DNA from: Acidobacteriota bacterium
GTDB taxonomy: Bacteria > Acidobacteriota > Terriglobia > UBA7540
Reading direction: 5' to 3'
Assembly: GCA_021784615.1 (NCBI GenBank)
Contig: JAJYHU010000078.1
Span: forward strand, 1-38,997
DNA length: 38,997 bases
Below the pieces are notes generated by a model, which was given only the letters and a program-made list of their open reading frames with translations, made no database searches and was not told where the DNA came from. Position numbers and translations under genes: made by a program. How positions within the stretch are numbered: the stretch's first letter is position 1; the number at the start of each line of letters is the position of its first letter. This document shows, in pieces, positions 1-11,407 of the stretch.

Positions 1-240
1 TTCGGATTGACAGCGTTCCACGTCAGTCATCCCTGCCACGCAATAGATGGCGTCTATCGCTAGCGCCTCAAGCAACCATTCGGCATTGTCCGGCAGGCAT
101 GCGAGGTCCAATGCGACGCAATCCGGGGCACCTACCCGACGACCGGCGGCAATCGTCCGCGAGGGGCCGAGAAGCGACAGGATTTGATGGCCCACTTGGC
201 CGGAAGCCCCGATGACCAAAGATCGCCGCTCGGCACTCAT
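1..240 (-). CDS. NAD(P)-dependent sugar-nucleotide reductase, RmlD/AscF-like (N-terminal 80 aa only; gene runs off the left edge)
   Basis: My own minus-strand translation from ATG 240..238 gives MSAERRSLVIGASGQVGHQILSLLG...IDAIYCVAGMTDVERCQSE. It shows the Rossmann GxxGxxG and the xAxxTxVxxxE segment typical of the dTDP-4-dehydrorhamnose reductase family. ATGA overlap with the stop of the upstream epimerase gene. Absent from the ORF track because there is no stop in the window. Confidence 0.6.
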   Translation of the reverse strand, partial: MSAERRSLVIGASGQVGHQILSLLGPSRTIAAGRRVGAPDCVALDLACLPDNAEWLLEALAIDAIYCVAGMTDVERCQSE

Positions 241-815
241 CCGTCAACCTCGACATCCGGAGAATACTTGAAGGGTGAATTGAATTTATCGAGAGGGGGC
301 AGCGTGGCGTCGCGCGGCGAAATTAGCGGAGATTCGATTGGCCAGCGAGCCCCGAAGGAATCCCACGCGACTCCAACATCCAGGTGCGCAGCATGTGCGG
401 AGGTGACATGATAGACCATCACTGCAGGTGCCCGTAACACGGAAAATCCGTGGGCGAGCCCGCGCGACAGATAAACACCATTGTAGAGCGAAGCATCTAG
501 CTCGATCATTGCGTGGGCTCCATACGTTGGCGAGCCCTTCCGGACGTCCAATACTACATCCATGACTTTCCCGGTCACGCAATAAACCAATTTCGCGTGA
601 TCGGCAGGAGGAAGCTGCAGGTGCATCCCGCGCAGAACATTAGAGCCGGAGACCGTGTAGAAGGTCTCCATGAATCTAGCCTCCAGGCGCTTCTGACAGA
701 ATATCGAATGGTCAAACACTTTTACGAACATTCCCCGGGGGTCCTCTTGGGCAGCAAAGTTCACCTCGTAACACCCCGGAATCCGGGTTTTGATGAATTC
801 GACCAGCATTTGCAT
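237..815 (-). CDS. RmlC-like cupin sugar-nucleotide 3,5- (or 5-) epimerase
   Basis: 192 aa ORF with RmlC family hallmarks: RGMHLQ, KLVYCVTGKVMDVVLDVRKGSPTYG, GLAHGF. Lies 9 nt downstream of the ThDP enzyme gene on the same strand. Confidence 0.85.
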   Translation of the reverse strand: MQMLVEFIKTRIPGCYEVNFAAQEDPRGMFVKVFDHSIFCQKRLEARFMETFYTVSGSNVLRGMHLQLPPADHAKLVYCVTGKVMDVVLDVRKGSPTYGAHAMIELDASLYNGVYLSRGLAHGFSVLRAPAVMVYHVTSAHAAHLDVGVAWDSFGARWPIESPLISPRDATLPPLDKFNSPFKYSPDVEVDG

Positions 816-824
816 TTTGGTATC

Positions 825-2684
825 TTACCTGATCAGTTTGCGCCCGACGCGCTTATTGGGGCGAGCGACCCCTAATTCCTCCAGCACCGGCACCATCATA
901 TTTTCCCGAAATTCATCGCGATCGAGGAACGGGTATAGATCCTCAAGCGGCTTGGAGCCCATTGAACCGTCGGTCTTCATGTAGGACGAGGCGCGCGGTA
1001 TTCGCTCTTCGTTGGGGGCTACCACGACTTCGCACACAACCGGGCCGGGCGCCTCCAGAACGCCTCGAACCTGCTCATTGAGGCTCGTCTTTTCCGCGAT
1101 GCGGCTAAAGGGCAGCCCATAGGCGCTCGCGACGGCGCCCAAATCGGGCAGGGTCACGCCACTCGTGGAGTCGGCCCCGGCCAGACGCTGAAAATAGCCG
1201 AGCTGAGACGCACGGATTGACGCGTAGCCCTGATTGTTGATTATGAAAAACTTGATGGGCAAGCCCAGCCGCTGGACGGTGGCAAGCTCTTGAACGTTCA
1301 TCTGAAAGCCGCCATCGCCATCAACACAAATGGTCCTCCGTCCGCTGGCGACCGCTGCGCCGATGGCTGCCGGCAAACCGAGGCCCATGGCGCCGATGCC
1401 GCGGCTATGAAAGCATCGCTGGCCGCCCTTGATTCTGAGGCAGAGCAGAAAAATCTCAACCGCGAAACCGGAACTTCCGGGCGTGATCACGTCGCCCGGC
1501 GCGAGTTCGTCGCTCAGCGCCTCCGAGAAATGATACATGCTGAGGTGGCCGGGTAGATCACGATGCTCAGGTAATACAAGCGGGTATCTGGCCTTCCACT
1601 GCCGGCACTGGCTAAGCCAATCCGGCCATCCGTCCGTATGAATACCGGCGCATTGGGCCTTGAGTTCAGCAAAAAAAGCGCCCGCATCCGCCACGACCGG
1701 CAGATGGATTTTCGTTTTCATCTTGGCGATCTCAGAGGGATCGATATCAATCATGACTTTCGTCGCGCCACGTGCGAGGCGGTCATGCGCGTAGGCTGTC
1801 ATCGCCATGTCGAGGCGTGCTCCGACGGTGATCAGCAGATCGCTGTTTTGCAGCGTGAAGTTGGCGCCTCGCGGGGCCAGTGATCCGGGGCGGCCGAAAT
1901 TGAGCGGGTGATTGTCCGGGATCTGGTCAAGGCTGAGCCATGTGGTTAGCACAGGAATTCCGAGGCGCTCGGCGATTTCCAGAAAGGTTCTCTCGGCGCC
2001 GGCCGCCCGAATGCCGTTTCCCGCCAGCAGAACAGGGCGCTGGGCATGGTTCAGCAATCCGACCACCCGGGAGACCTCTTCGCGAAGCTCCGATTTGCCG
2101 AGGGCCTGCGCCGGGCGGTCAGGTTCCGTAAAACCAACCAGCCCCGCTGGGTCAATTTGAGCGGCTTGAACGTCGAGCGGGATATCAATCCAAACGGGCC
2201 CGCGCCGCCCGTGCAGGGCAAGGTAGGCGGCTTTCTCAAGGTGGTAGCGGATACTTTCCGGCTCTTCCACCGTGACAGCGTATTTGGTAATGGAATCAAC
2301 GATGGATACGATGTCGATTTCCTGAACACCGAGGATTCGTACACCAGAATCCCGCTTGAGGTCGGCGCGCTTGACTTGGCCGGAGATGAAAAGCACGGGC
2401 GTTGAATCGAGCCACGCTCCGGCGACGCCCGTCACTGCATTCGTGCCCCCCGGACCGGTGGTCACCATGGCAACGCCCAGACCGCCCGTAGCCCGGGCGT
2501 ATGCGTCCGCGGCAATGGCGCACGCCTGTTCGTGCAGGTTGCAAATATATTGAAGGCCATCGCAGCGGCCCAAGGAATCGTTCAGGTGCATGGCGCCGCC
2601 GCCCGCAAGCATGAAGACGTGTTTGACGCCTTGGCAGGCGATAAACTGAGCGACGTAGTCAGAAAGTTTGATCGAAGCGGTCAT
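825..2684 (-). CDS. Thiamine-diphosphate-dependent enzyme, acetolactate-synthase-like (YerE-like candidate for branched-chain sugar formation)
   Basis: 619 aa. N-terminal TPP_enzyme_N pattern (GVKHVFMLAGGGAMHLNDS...TTGPGGTNAVTGVAGAWLDSTPVLFISGQV) and C-terminal ThDP-binding motif GDGGFQMNVQEL. ATGA overlap (2681-2684) with the upstream phosphatase gene. Embedded in a CDP-sugar operon. Confidence 0.9.
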   Translation of the reverse strand: MTASIKLSDYVAQFIACQGVKHVFMLAGGGAMHLNDSLGRCDGLQYICNLHEQACAIAADAYARATGGLGVAMVTTGPGGTNAVTGVAGAWLDSTPVLFISGQVKRADLKRDSGVRILGVQEIDIVSIVDSITKYAVTVEEPESIRYHLEKAAYLALHGRRGPVWIDIPLDVQAAQIDPAGLVGFTEPDRPAQALGKSELREEVSRVVGLLNHAQRPVLLAGNGIRAAGAERTFLEIAERLGIPVLTTWLSLDQIPDNHPLNFGRPGSLAPRGANFTLQNSDLLITVGARLDMAMTAYAHDRLARGATKVMIDIDPSEIAKMKTKIHLPVVADAGAFFAELKAQCAGIHTDGWPDWLSQCRQWKARYPLVLPEHRDLPGHLSMYHFSEALSDELAPGDVITPGSSGFAVEIFLLCLRIKGGQRCFHSRGIGAMGLGLPAAIGAAVASGRRTICVDGDGGFQMNVQELATVQRLGLPIKFFIINNQGYASIRASQLGYFQRLAGADSTSGVTLPDLGAVASAYGLPFSRIAEKTSLNEQVRGVLEAPGPVVCEVVVAPNEERIPRASSYMKTDGSMGSKPLEDLYPFLDRDEFRENMMVPVLEELGVARPNKRVGRKLIR

Positions 2685-3178
2685 CGGAACTGGGTCTTCC
2701 TGGCGCTCAGAATGGCGTCGAGTGTCTCGCGCACGGCGCCGTGGCCACCCCCGCGGGAGGCCACGAATTTGGCCTTCGCGCGCGCCGCAGGCTGCGCGTC
2801 GGCTGGCGCTACGGCCAGACCGACAATCTCCATGGCTTGGAGGTCCTGCACGTCGTCTCCGATGAAGCAGACCTCTGACAAACTCATCTGGTACCTGGCA
2901 GCGAAATCGCGGACAGCCCCCGCCTTATCGTGGCAGGCCTTGTAGACGTCGGTGATTTTGACCTTGTCGGCGAAGCGCTGCACCAACCCCATGCCTGCCG
3001 GGCTAGAGTCGCCAGATACGAGGGCAAGCCGGATGCCCGCCGCGTGGGCGAATGGGATACCAGTCACATCCGCGAAGCAAAATCGCTTCAGCTCCTCGCC
3101 GCCGGCGCCCCACCAGAACGTACCGTCAGTAAGAACGCCGTCGACGTCCATCGCGACTGCTTTGATCGATTCAAACAT
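2681..3178 (-). CDS. HAD-superfamily phosphatase, KdsC / sialic-acid-9-phosphate phosphatase type
   Basis: DxD nucleophile motif in AMDVDGVLTDG, plus LALVSGDS and CFIGDDVQD, typical of the KdsC (C0 cap) family. ATG at 3178 preferred; an alternative GTG at 3193 is the ORF-track start. Overlaps the 3' end of the neuB-like gene. Confidence 0.8.
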   Translation of the reverse strand: MFESIKAVAMDVDGVLTDGTFWWGAGGEELKRFCFADVTGIPFAHAAGIRLALVSGDSSPAGMGLVQRFADKVKITDVYKACHDKAGAVRDFAARYQMSLSEVCFIGDDVQDLQAMEIVGLAVAPADAQPAARAKAKFVASRGGGHGAVRETLDAILSARKTQFR

Positions 3179-4076
3179 GCCCGTTTTTGCCACGAAGCCG
3201 AGCGATCATTGGCAGTTCGCGCGCGAGGACTTTTTTCTCTCCCGTGCCCATGCTCTTTTCAATGAGCCGGATATCGCGAACGAGCCGCGTCAGTCCGGTG
3301 GGTTCAAGAGAGGCCGCCTGATCCGAGCCCCACATGGAACGGTCGAGCGTGATGTGGCGTTCGATCACGCACGCCCCGAGGGCGACCGCGGCAGCGCTTG
3401 AGGCTAAGCCAGTTTCGTGGCCGGAATACCCGACCAGAACCCGATATCGCTCTCGCAGCGAGCTGATGGCCCGCAGGTTAAGCTCTTCGTAAAAGGCGGG
3501 GTAGGTGCTAACGGCGTGAAGTAGCACCAAGTCGTCAGAGCCGAGCGTTTCCACCGCGTGATCGATTTCATGAAGTTCACTCATGCCGGTGGACAGCAGA
3601 ATAGGCTTTCCGACGGAACGAGTGTGGCGCAAGAGATCGTCATCTGTCAAACTTGCCGAGGCGATTTTGTAGCACGGCACGCCGAACTGCTTAATGAAAT
3701 CCGCAGACGGCTCATCCCAGCAGGAGGCGAACCATATGATGTCGTTTTCGCGGCAATATCGGTCAATTTCTTCGTACTGGGCGAGGCCTAACTCGATCTT
3801 CTCACGGTAGGCCATGTACGAGATGTAGCCCCATGGGGTCTCTCGCATCATGTTTCGTTGAGCGGCAGGCACACACGCCTCAGGCGTTCGCTTTTGGAAT
3901 TTTACCGCATCGCAACCGGCAGCCTCGGCGACATCGATGAGCTTTTTCGCAATTTCGATGTCGCCGTTGTGGTTGATGCCGATCTCGGCGACGATGAAGC
4001 AGGGATGTCCATCACCCACCAGGCGATTGCCAATCCGGACTTCATTCGCCGATCCATCCAGTGTTTGGCCGTTCAT
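3171..4076 (-). CDS. NeuB-family PEP-dependent sugar aldolase (N-acylneuraminate / KDN (9-phosphate) synthase-like), short form
   Basis: CFIVAEIGINHNGDIEIAKKLIDVAEAAGCDAVKFQKR, YKIASASLTD, LLSTGMS, GYSGHETG, IERHITLDRSMWGSDQAASLEP. At 301 aa it is too short to carry the C-terminal SAF/antifreeze-like domain of classical NeuB (about 346 aa). Confidence 0.85.
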   Translation of the reverse strand: MNGQTLDGSANEVRIGNRLVGDGHPCFIVAEIGINHNGDIEIAKKLIDVAEAAGCDAVKFQKRTPEACVPAAQRNMMRETPWGYISYMAYREKIELGLAQYEEIDRYCRENDIIWFASCWDEPSADFIKQFGVPCYKIASASLTDDDLLRHTRSVGKPILLSTGMSELHEIDHAVETLGSDDLVLLHAVSTYPAFYEELNLRAISSLRERYRVLVGYSGHETGLASSAAAVALGACVIERHITLDRSMWGSDQAASLEPTGLTRLVRDIRLIEKSMGTGEKKVLARELPMIARLRGKNGHV

Positions 4077-4079
4077 GCG

Positions 4080-5417
4080 TTATCTCCCTCCGGCGGTCCC
4101 GACGTTTTGCAGGCAGAGCGCGCGCAGCGCGTCGAGCATGTATTCGAGCATGGCGGTGGAGATCCCCGGGTAGACGCCGATCCAGAAAACGCGCTCCATG
4201 GCGAAGTCGGAGTTGGCCAGGCCGCCGACCGCGCGATGGGGCACCTCGGCGTAAGCGGGCTGCCGCACCAGGTTGCCGCCAAAAAGCGAGCGGGTGGCGA
4301 TCTTCTTTCCTTCGAGAAAGCGGACTGCTTCGGCGCGTGTAAAGGGCGTTCCCGGACGGACCGCAATGGGGAATCCGAACCAGCTGGGGTCCGCGCCCGG
4401 CGTGGCCTTGGGCAGCATGAAGAACTCTTCGAGCGGCTTGAGTCCCTGGTAGAGCGTTTGGAAATTGCGGCGGCGCGCTTCGATAAATCCCTCGATCTTG
4501 CCAAGCTGGGCCACGCCCACGGCGGCTTGCAGATCGGTGGCTTTCAGATTGTAACCGATATGCGAGTAGATGTACTTGTGATCGTAACCGTGCGGCAGGC
4601 CGCCGAGCTGCCAGTCAAAGCGCTTGCCGCAGGTGTTCTGGTTGCCGGGCTCACACCAGCAATCGCGGCCCCAGTCGCGGAACGATTCCACCAGGGTCTT
4701 GAGCAGCGGCCGGTCCGTCAGCACCGAGCCGCCTTCGCCCATGGTGATGTGGTGGGCGGGATAGAAGCTGACGGTCGCAAGATCGCCGAACGCGCCCACG
4801 CGCCGGCCGCGATAGAGGCTGCCGACGGCGTCGCAGCAGTCTTCGATCAGCCAGAGGCCGTGGCGGCGGGCAAAGTCGGTGACGGCGTCGAGGTCGAACG
4901 GATTGCCAAGGGTGTGAGCGAGTATGATGGCGCGCGTGCGCGGGCTGAGCGCCGCTTCGAGCGCGCTCACGTCCACGTTGTAAGTGGGAAGCTCGATATC
5001 CACGAACACCGGCACCAGGCCGTTTTGCACGATGGGATTGACGGTTGTCGGGAAGCCCGCGGCGCTGGTAATCACTTCGTCTCCGGGGTGCAGGCGGCGC
5101 TCGCCAAGCTTGGGCGAGGTGAGCGAGGAGATGGCCAGCAGGTTCGCCGAGGAGCCGGAGTTCACGAGTATGGCGTCTCGCACGCCGAAGAAGGCCGCGA
5201 ATTCGCGCTCGAACTGCTGCGCGAAGCGGCCCGTGGTGAGCCAGAAATCCAGCGAGGCGTCCACCAGAGTGCGCAGCTCGGCGGCGTCGAACACGCGGCC
5301 CGAGACCGGGATGGTGCTCTCGCCAGGTATAAACGCCCGGTTCGAGAATTCGGCATCGTAGTACTCGCCGACTAGTTCGAGAATGCGGCTACGCAACTGT
5401 TGCGCTTTTGGGTTCAT
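4080..5417 (-). CDS. rfbH: CDP-6-deoxy-L-threo-D-glycero-4-hexulose 3-dehydrase (E1; RfbH/DdhC/AscC)
   Basis: DegT/DnrJ/EryC1 fold with [14 protein letters not shown] (His replaces the Schiff-base Lys). An exact C-X57-C-X1-C-X7-C cluster motif, counted from DCC...[12 protein letters not shown]. Start moved to [16 protein letters not shown] (ATG 5417); the ORF-track N-terminal extension to 5540 overlaps rfbG. Confidence 0.9.
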   Translation of the reverse strand: MNPKAQQLRSRILELVGEYYDAEFSNRAFIPGESTIPVSGRVFDAAELRTLVDASLDFWLTTGRFAQQFEREFAAFFGVRDAILVNSGSSANLLAISSLTSPKLGERRLHPGDEVITSAAGFPTTVNPIVQNGLVPVFVDIELPTYNVDVSALEAALSPRTRAIILAHTLGNPFDLDAVTDFARRHGLWLIEDCCDAVGSLYRGRRVGAFGDLATVSFYPAHHITMGEGGSVLTDRPLLKTLVESFRDWGRDCWCEPGNQNTCGKRFDWQLGGLPHGYDHKYIYSHIGYNLKATDLQAAVGVAQLGKIEGFIEARRRNFQTLYQGLKPLEEFFMLPKATPGADPSWFGFPIAVRPGTPFTRAEAVRFLEGKKIATRSLFGGNLVRQPAYAEVPHRAVGGLANSDFAMERVFWIGVYPGISTAMLEYMLDALRALCLQNVGTAGGR

Positions 5418-6390
5418 AGTTGAAGAAATCGGAATACCAGGCGATGGTGCGCGCCAGCCCTTCGTCGAGCGTAAATTGCGGCGCCCACTGGAGCAGGCGG
5501 CGCGCGCGTTCGGCGCTGAGGTACTGGCGGCGAATCTCATTCACTGCTTCGCCGCGGATCTCGGGCTCAAGCGTCGAGCCCATGCGCCCGAGAATGCGGC
5601 GCACCAGGTCGATCACCGTAAGCTGGATTTCATTCGAAAAGTTGAAGGCCATGCCGCGCAGGCTTGCGTCCGCCGCCAAGCGCTCGGCCAGCAGCATGTA
5701 CGCCCCCGCGGCATCCTCCACATAGAGATAGTCGCGGACGAACTGGCCGTCGGAGCGGATCACCGGCCGCTCGCCGCGAATGATCGAGCGAATGGTGCCC
5801 GGAACCACGCGGTTCCAATTGAGATCGCCGCCGCCGTAGAAGTTGCCGCAGCGCGTGACGGCCACCGGCAGCCCGTAGGACGCCGCGTAAGCTTGGGCCA
5901 GCAGGTCGGCGCAAGATTTGCTGACGTCATAAGGGTGCGATCCGGCGACTGCCGCCTCTTCCGTGTACGGCAACACCTTCTGGTCGCCATAGGCTTTATC
6001 TGAGGAGGCGATTACGATGGACCGCACGGTCGGCGACCGCCGGCAGGCTTCAAGCAGGTTCCATGCGCCCTGGATATTGCTTTCAAAGGTTGAGACGGGG
6101 TTGCGGTTGGCAATGCCGACGATGGTCTGCGCAGCAAGGTGAAATACGGATTCGATTTCGTACTCGCCGAGAGCGCGTTCCAGCGTGTCGCGCTTCCGAA
6201 CATCTCCGCGAATCACCTTTACGCGCTCCAGCGTTCCTGAGCGGACCAGCTCCGACTGCGGCGCCCAGTCGCGCACCAGGCACAGGACGTCGGCGCCGGC
6301 GGCCATCAGGCGCGGCACCAGCCACGAGCCCAACAAGCCCGTTGCGCCTGTCACCAGAGTTTGCCGGTCGCGCCAGTAGGAATCGCTCAT
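5389..6390 (-). CDS. rfbG: CDP-glucose 4,6-dehydratase
   Basis: SDR with [12 protein letters not shown] and the YDVSK catalytic motif. N-terminus [15 protein letters not shown] resembles RfbG. ATGA overlap with the rfbF stop at 6387-6390. Confidence 0.9.
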   Translation of the reverse strand: MSDSYWRDRQTLVTGATGLLGSWLVPRLMAAGADVLCLVRDWAPQSELVRSGTLERVKVIRGDVRKRDTLERALGEYEIESVFHLAAQTIVGIANRNPVSTFESNIQGAWNLLEACRRSPTVRSIVIASSDKAYGDQKVLPYTEEAAVAGSHPYDVSKSCADLLAQAYAASYGLPVAVTRCGNFYGGGDLNWNRVVPGTIRSIIRGERPVIRSDGQFVRDYLYVEDAAGAYMLLAERLAADASLRGMAFNFSNEIQLTVIDLVRRILGRMGSTLEPEIRGEAVNEIRRQYLSAERARRLLQWAPQFTLDEGLARTIAWYSDFFNYEPKSATVA

Positions 6391-7163
6391 CGCCACACCC
6401 TCCAGGGCGCCTTGCCCGAGGCCCACAGTTCGTTCAAGTGCTGGTGGTCGCGATAGGTATCCATGGGAAAAAAGAAGCCCTCGTGCCGGTAGGCGGCCAG
6501 TTGGCCCTCGCGCGCCAGCCGCTCCAGAGGGCCGCGCTCGAGGATGCAGTCATCGCCCGTGAGGTAATCAAAAACCCCTTTGTTGAAAACGAAAAATCCC
6601 GCGCTGATCCAGCCCTCGGCCACCGGTTTCTCGTTGAATTCCAGCACGCGGTTCTCTTCGCCGATGCCCACCACGCCGAAGCGCGAAACGGGCCGCACCG
6701 TGGTGACCGTGGCCAGCCGTCCGCTCGCGTGGTGGAACTCAATCAGCCGCGCGATGTCAACGTTGCTCACGCCGTCGCCGTAGGTCACCATAAACGTATC
6801 GTCGCCCACGTATTTGGCAATCCGTTTGACGCGGCCTCCGGTCATGGTGTCCAGGCCGGTATCGGCCAAGGTCACCTGAAAGCCCTGCTCCTGATGGGAG
6901 CCGTCATAAAGAATCTGCGATTTCCCGCCCAGGCGGATGGTGAAGTCGTTGTTCATCGCCTCGTAGTTGAGAAAGTACTCTTTGATCATGCTGCCGCGGT
7001 AGCCGAGGCAGAGGACAAACTCCTGAAAGCCGTAGTGCGCATAGGACTTCATGATGTGCCAAAGCACCGGGCGTCCGCCGATTTCAACCAGCGGCTTGGG
7101 ACGAAACTCCGTCTCTTCCCGCAACCGGGTTCCGAGCCCTCCGCACAGGATAACGACCTTCAT
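6387..7163 (-). CDS. rfbF: Glucose-1-phosphate cytidylyltransferase
   Basis: [57 protein letters not shown] is the canonical RfbF/DdhA N-terminus. 258 aa. Confidence 0.95.
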   Translation of the reverse strand: MKVVILCGGLGTRLREETEFRPKPLVEIGGRPVLWHIMKSYAHYGFQEFVLCLGYRGSMIKEYFLNYEAMNNDFTIRLGGKSQILYDGSHQEQGFQVTLADTGLDTMTGGRVKRIAKYVGDDTFMVTYGDGVSNVDIARLIEFHHASGRLATVTTVRPVSRFGVVGIGEENRVLEFNEKPVAEGWISAGFFVFNKGVFDYLTGDDCILERGPLERLAREGQLAAYRHEGFFFPMDTYRDHQHLNELWASGKAPWRVWR

Positions 7164-7551
7164 CGTCAGCTACCTTTCAAAGTCTCCTTTTGTCCACGGC
7201 TGGCGAATTTCGGTGGCATCGCCTGTGTCCACATCCAAGGTCTGGGCCTTCACGCTTTCAGCGGCTAAATTATTGCCGTGCAGAGACTTAAGCTGACTTG
7301 GCAATTTCCGTACAACACCCGCCCTGGGCGCCGGCCGCTTGCGCACAACAAGCAGGCACGTGGGCTGCCAAAGCAGTTCATTATCTCTCAATTCCCGGCG
7401 GTCCCAAGTTTTATTCCCCGTGCTACCTTCCGGCCTGTTGATGCCGCCGCCATTATACCGCATCGAACCAGCGCCACGGACCAGTTCGTTGAGCGCCGGC
7501 CGGCCTCTTTACTGCTCGCCGATGGCGCTTCCGATAACCGCCTGAATCTCT

Positions 7552-7560
7552 TGTTATAAT
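7552..7560 (+). promoter_or_regulatory. Candidate extended -10 promoter (TGtTATAAT) for metH
   Basis: Perfect TATAAT at 7555-7560 preceded by TG at 7552-7553, about 100 nt upstream of the metH GTG start. No good -35. Sits inside the imperfect palindrome TCTTGTTATAATAAGA. Confidence 0.3.
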
Positions 7561-7662
7561 AAGAACTCGAAGAATGCGGAGCGGAAAGATGAATCAGCGA
7601 GGCGGCTGATCGCCTGCTCTGTTGTATCATCCGGGGCGCCAAGAAGGGAAAGCACAATCCAC

Positions 7663-11355
<3,693 letters not shown>

Positions 11356-11407
11356 AACAGCGCCCCGCAGAAGCCAGGCGCGCTCGCCGGCAGAAGAAGC
11401 GGTCCGG

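Noticed and set aside
68-256. 62-aa minus-strand ORF at the left edge
   Set aside because: It is in the wrong frame. The frame starting at ATG 240 gives a clean Rossmann-fold RmlD-like N-terminus and an ATGA overlap with the upstream gene.
3858-5375. 505-aa plus-strand ORF antisense to neuB-like/rfbH, and similar ORFs at 6063-7268, 13346-14830, 16874-18085, 19309-20070, 33096-33986, 36484-37269 and 38011-38667
   Set aside because: Each mirrors a gene with strong family motifs on the other strand, and their translations are Arg/Ala/Gly-rich without recognisable domains. They are treated as GC-driven shadow ORFs.
7164-7662. Riboswitch (SAH, SAM-I/II, cobalamin) upstream of metH
   Set aside because: I looked for the conserved cores: the SAH P1/pseudoknot CCGAGGAGCGCUGC...GGCUCGG, the B12 box with GCCACUG, and the SAM-I kink-turn/GAGGGA. 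None was found. Only generic hairpins are present.
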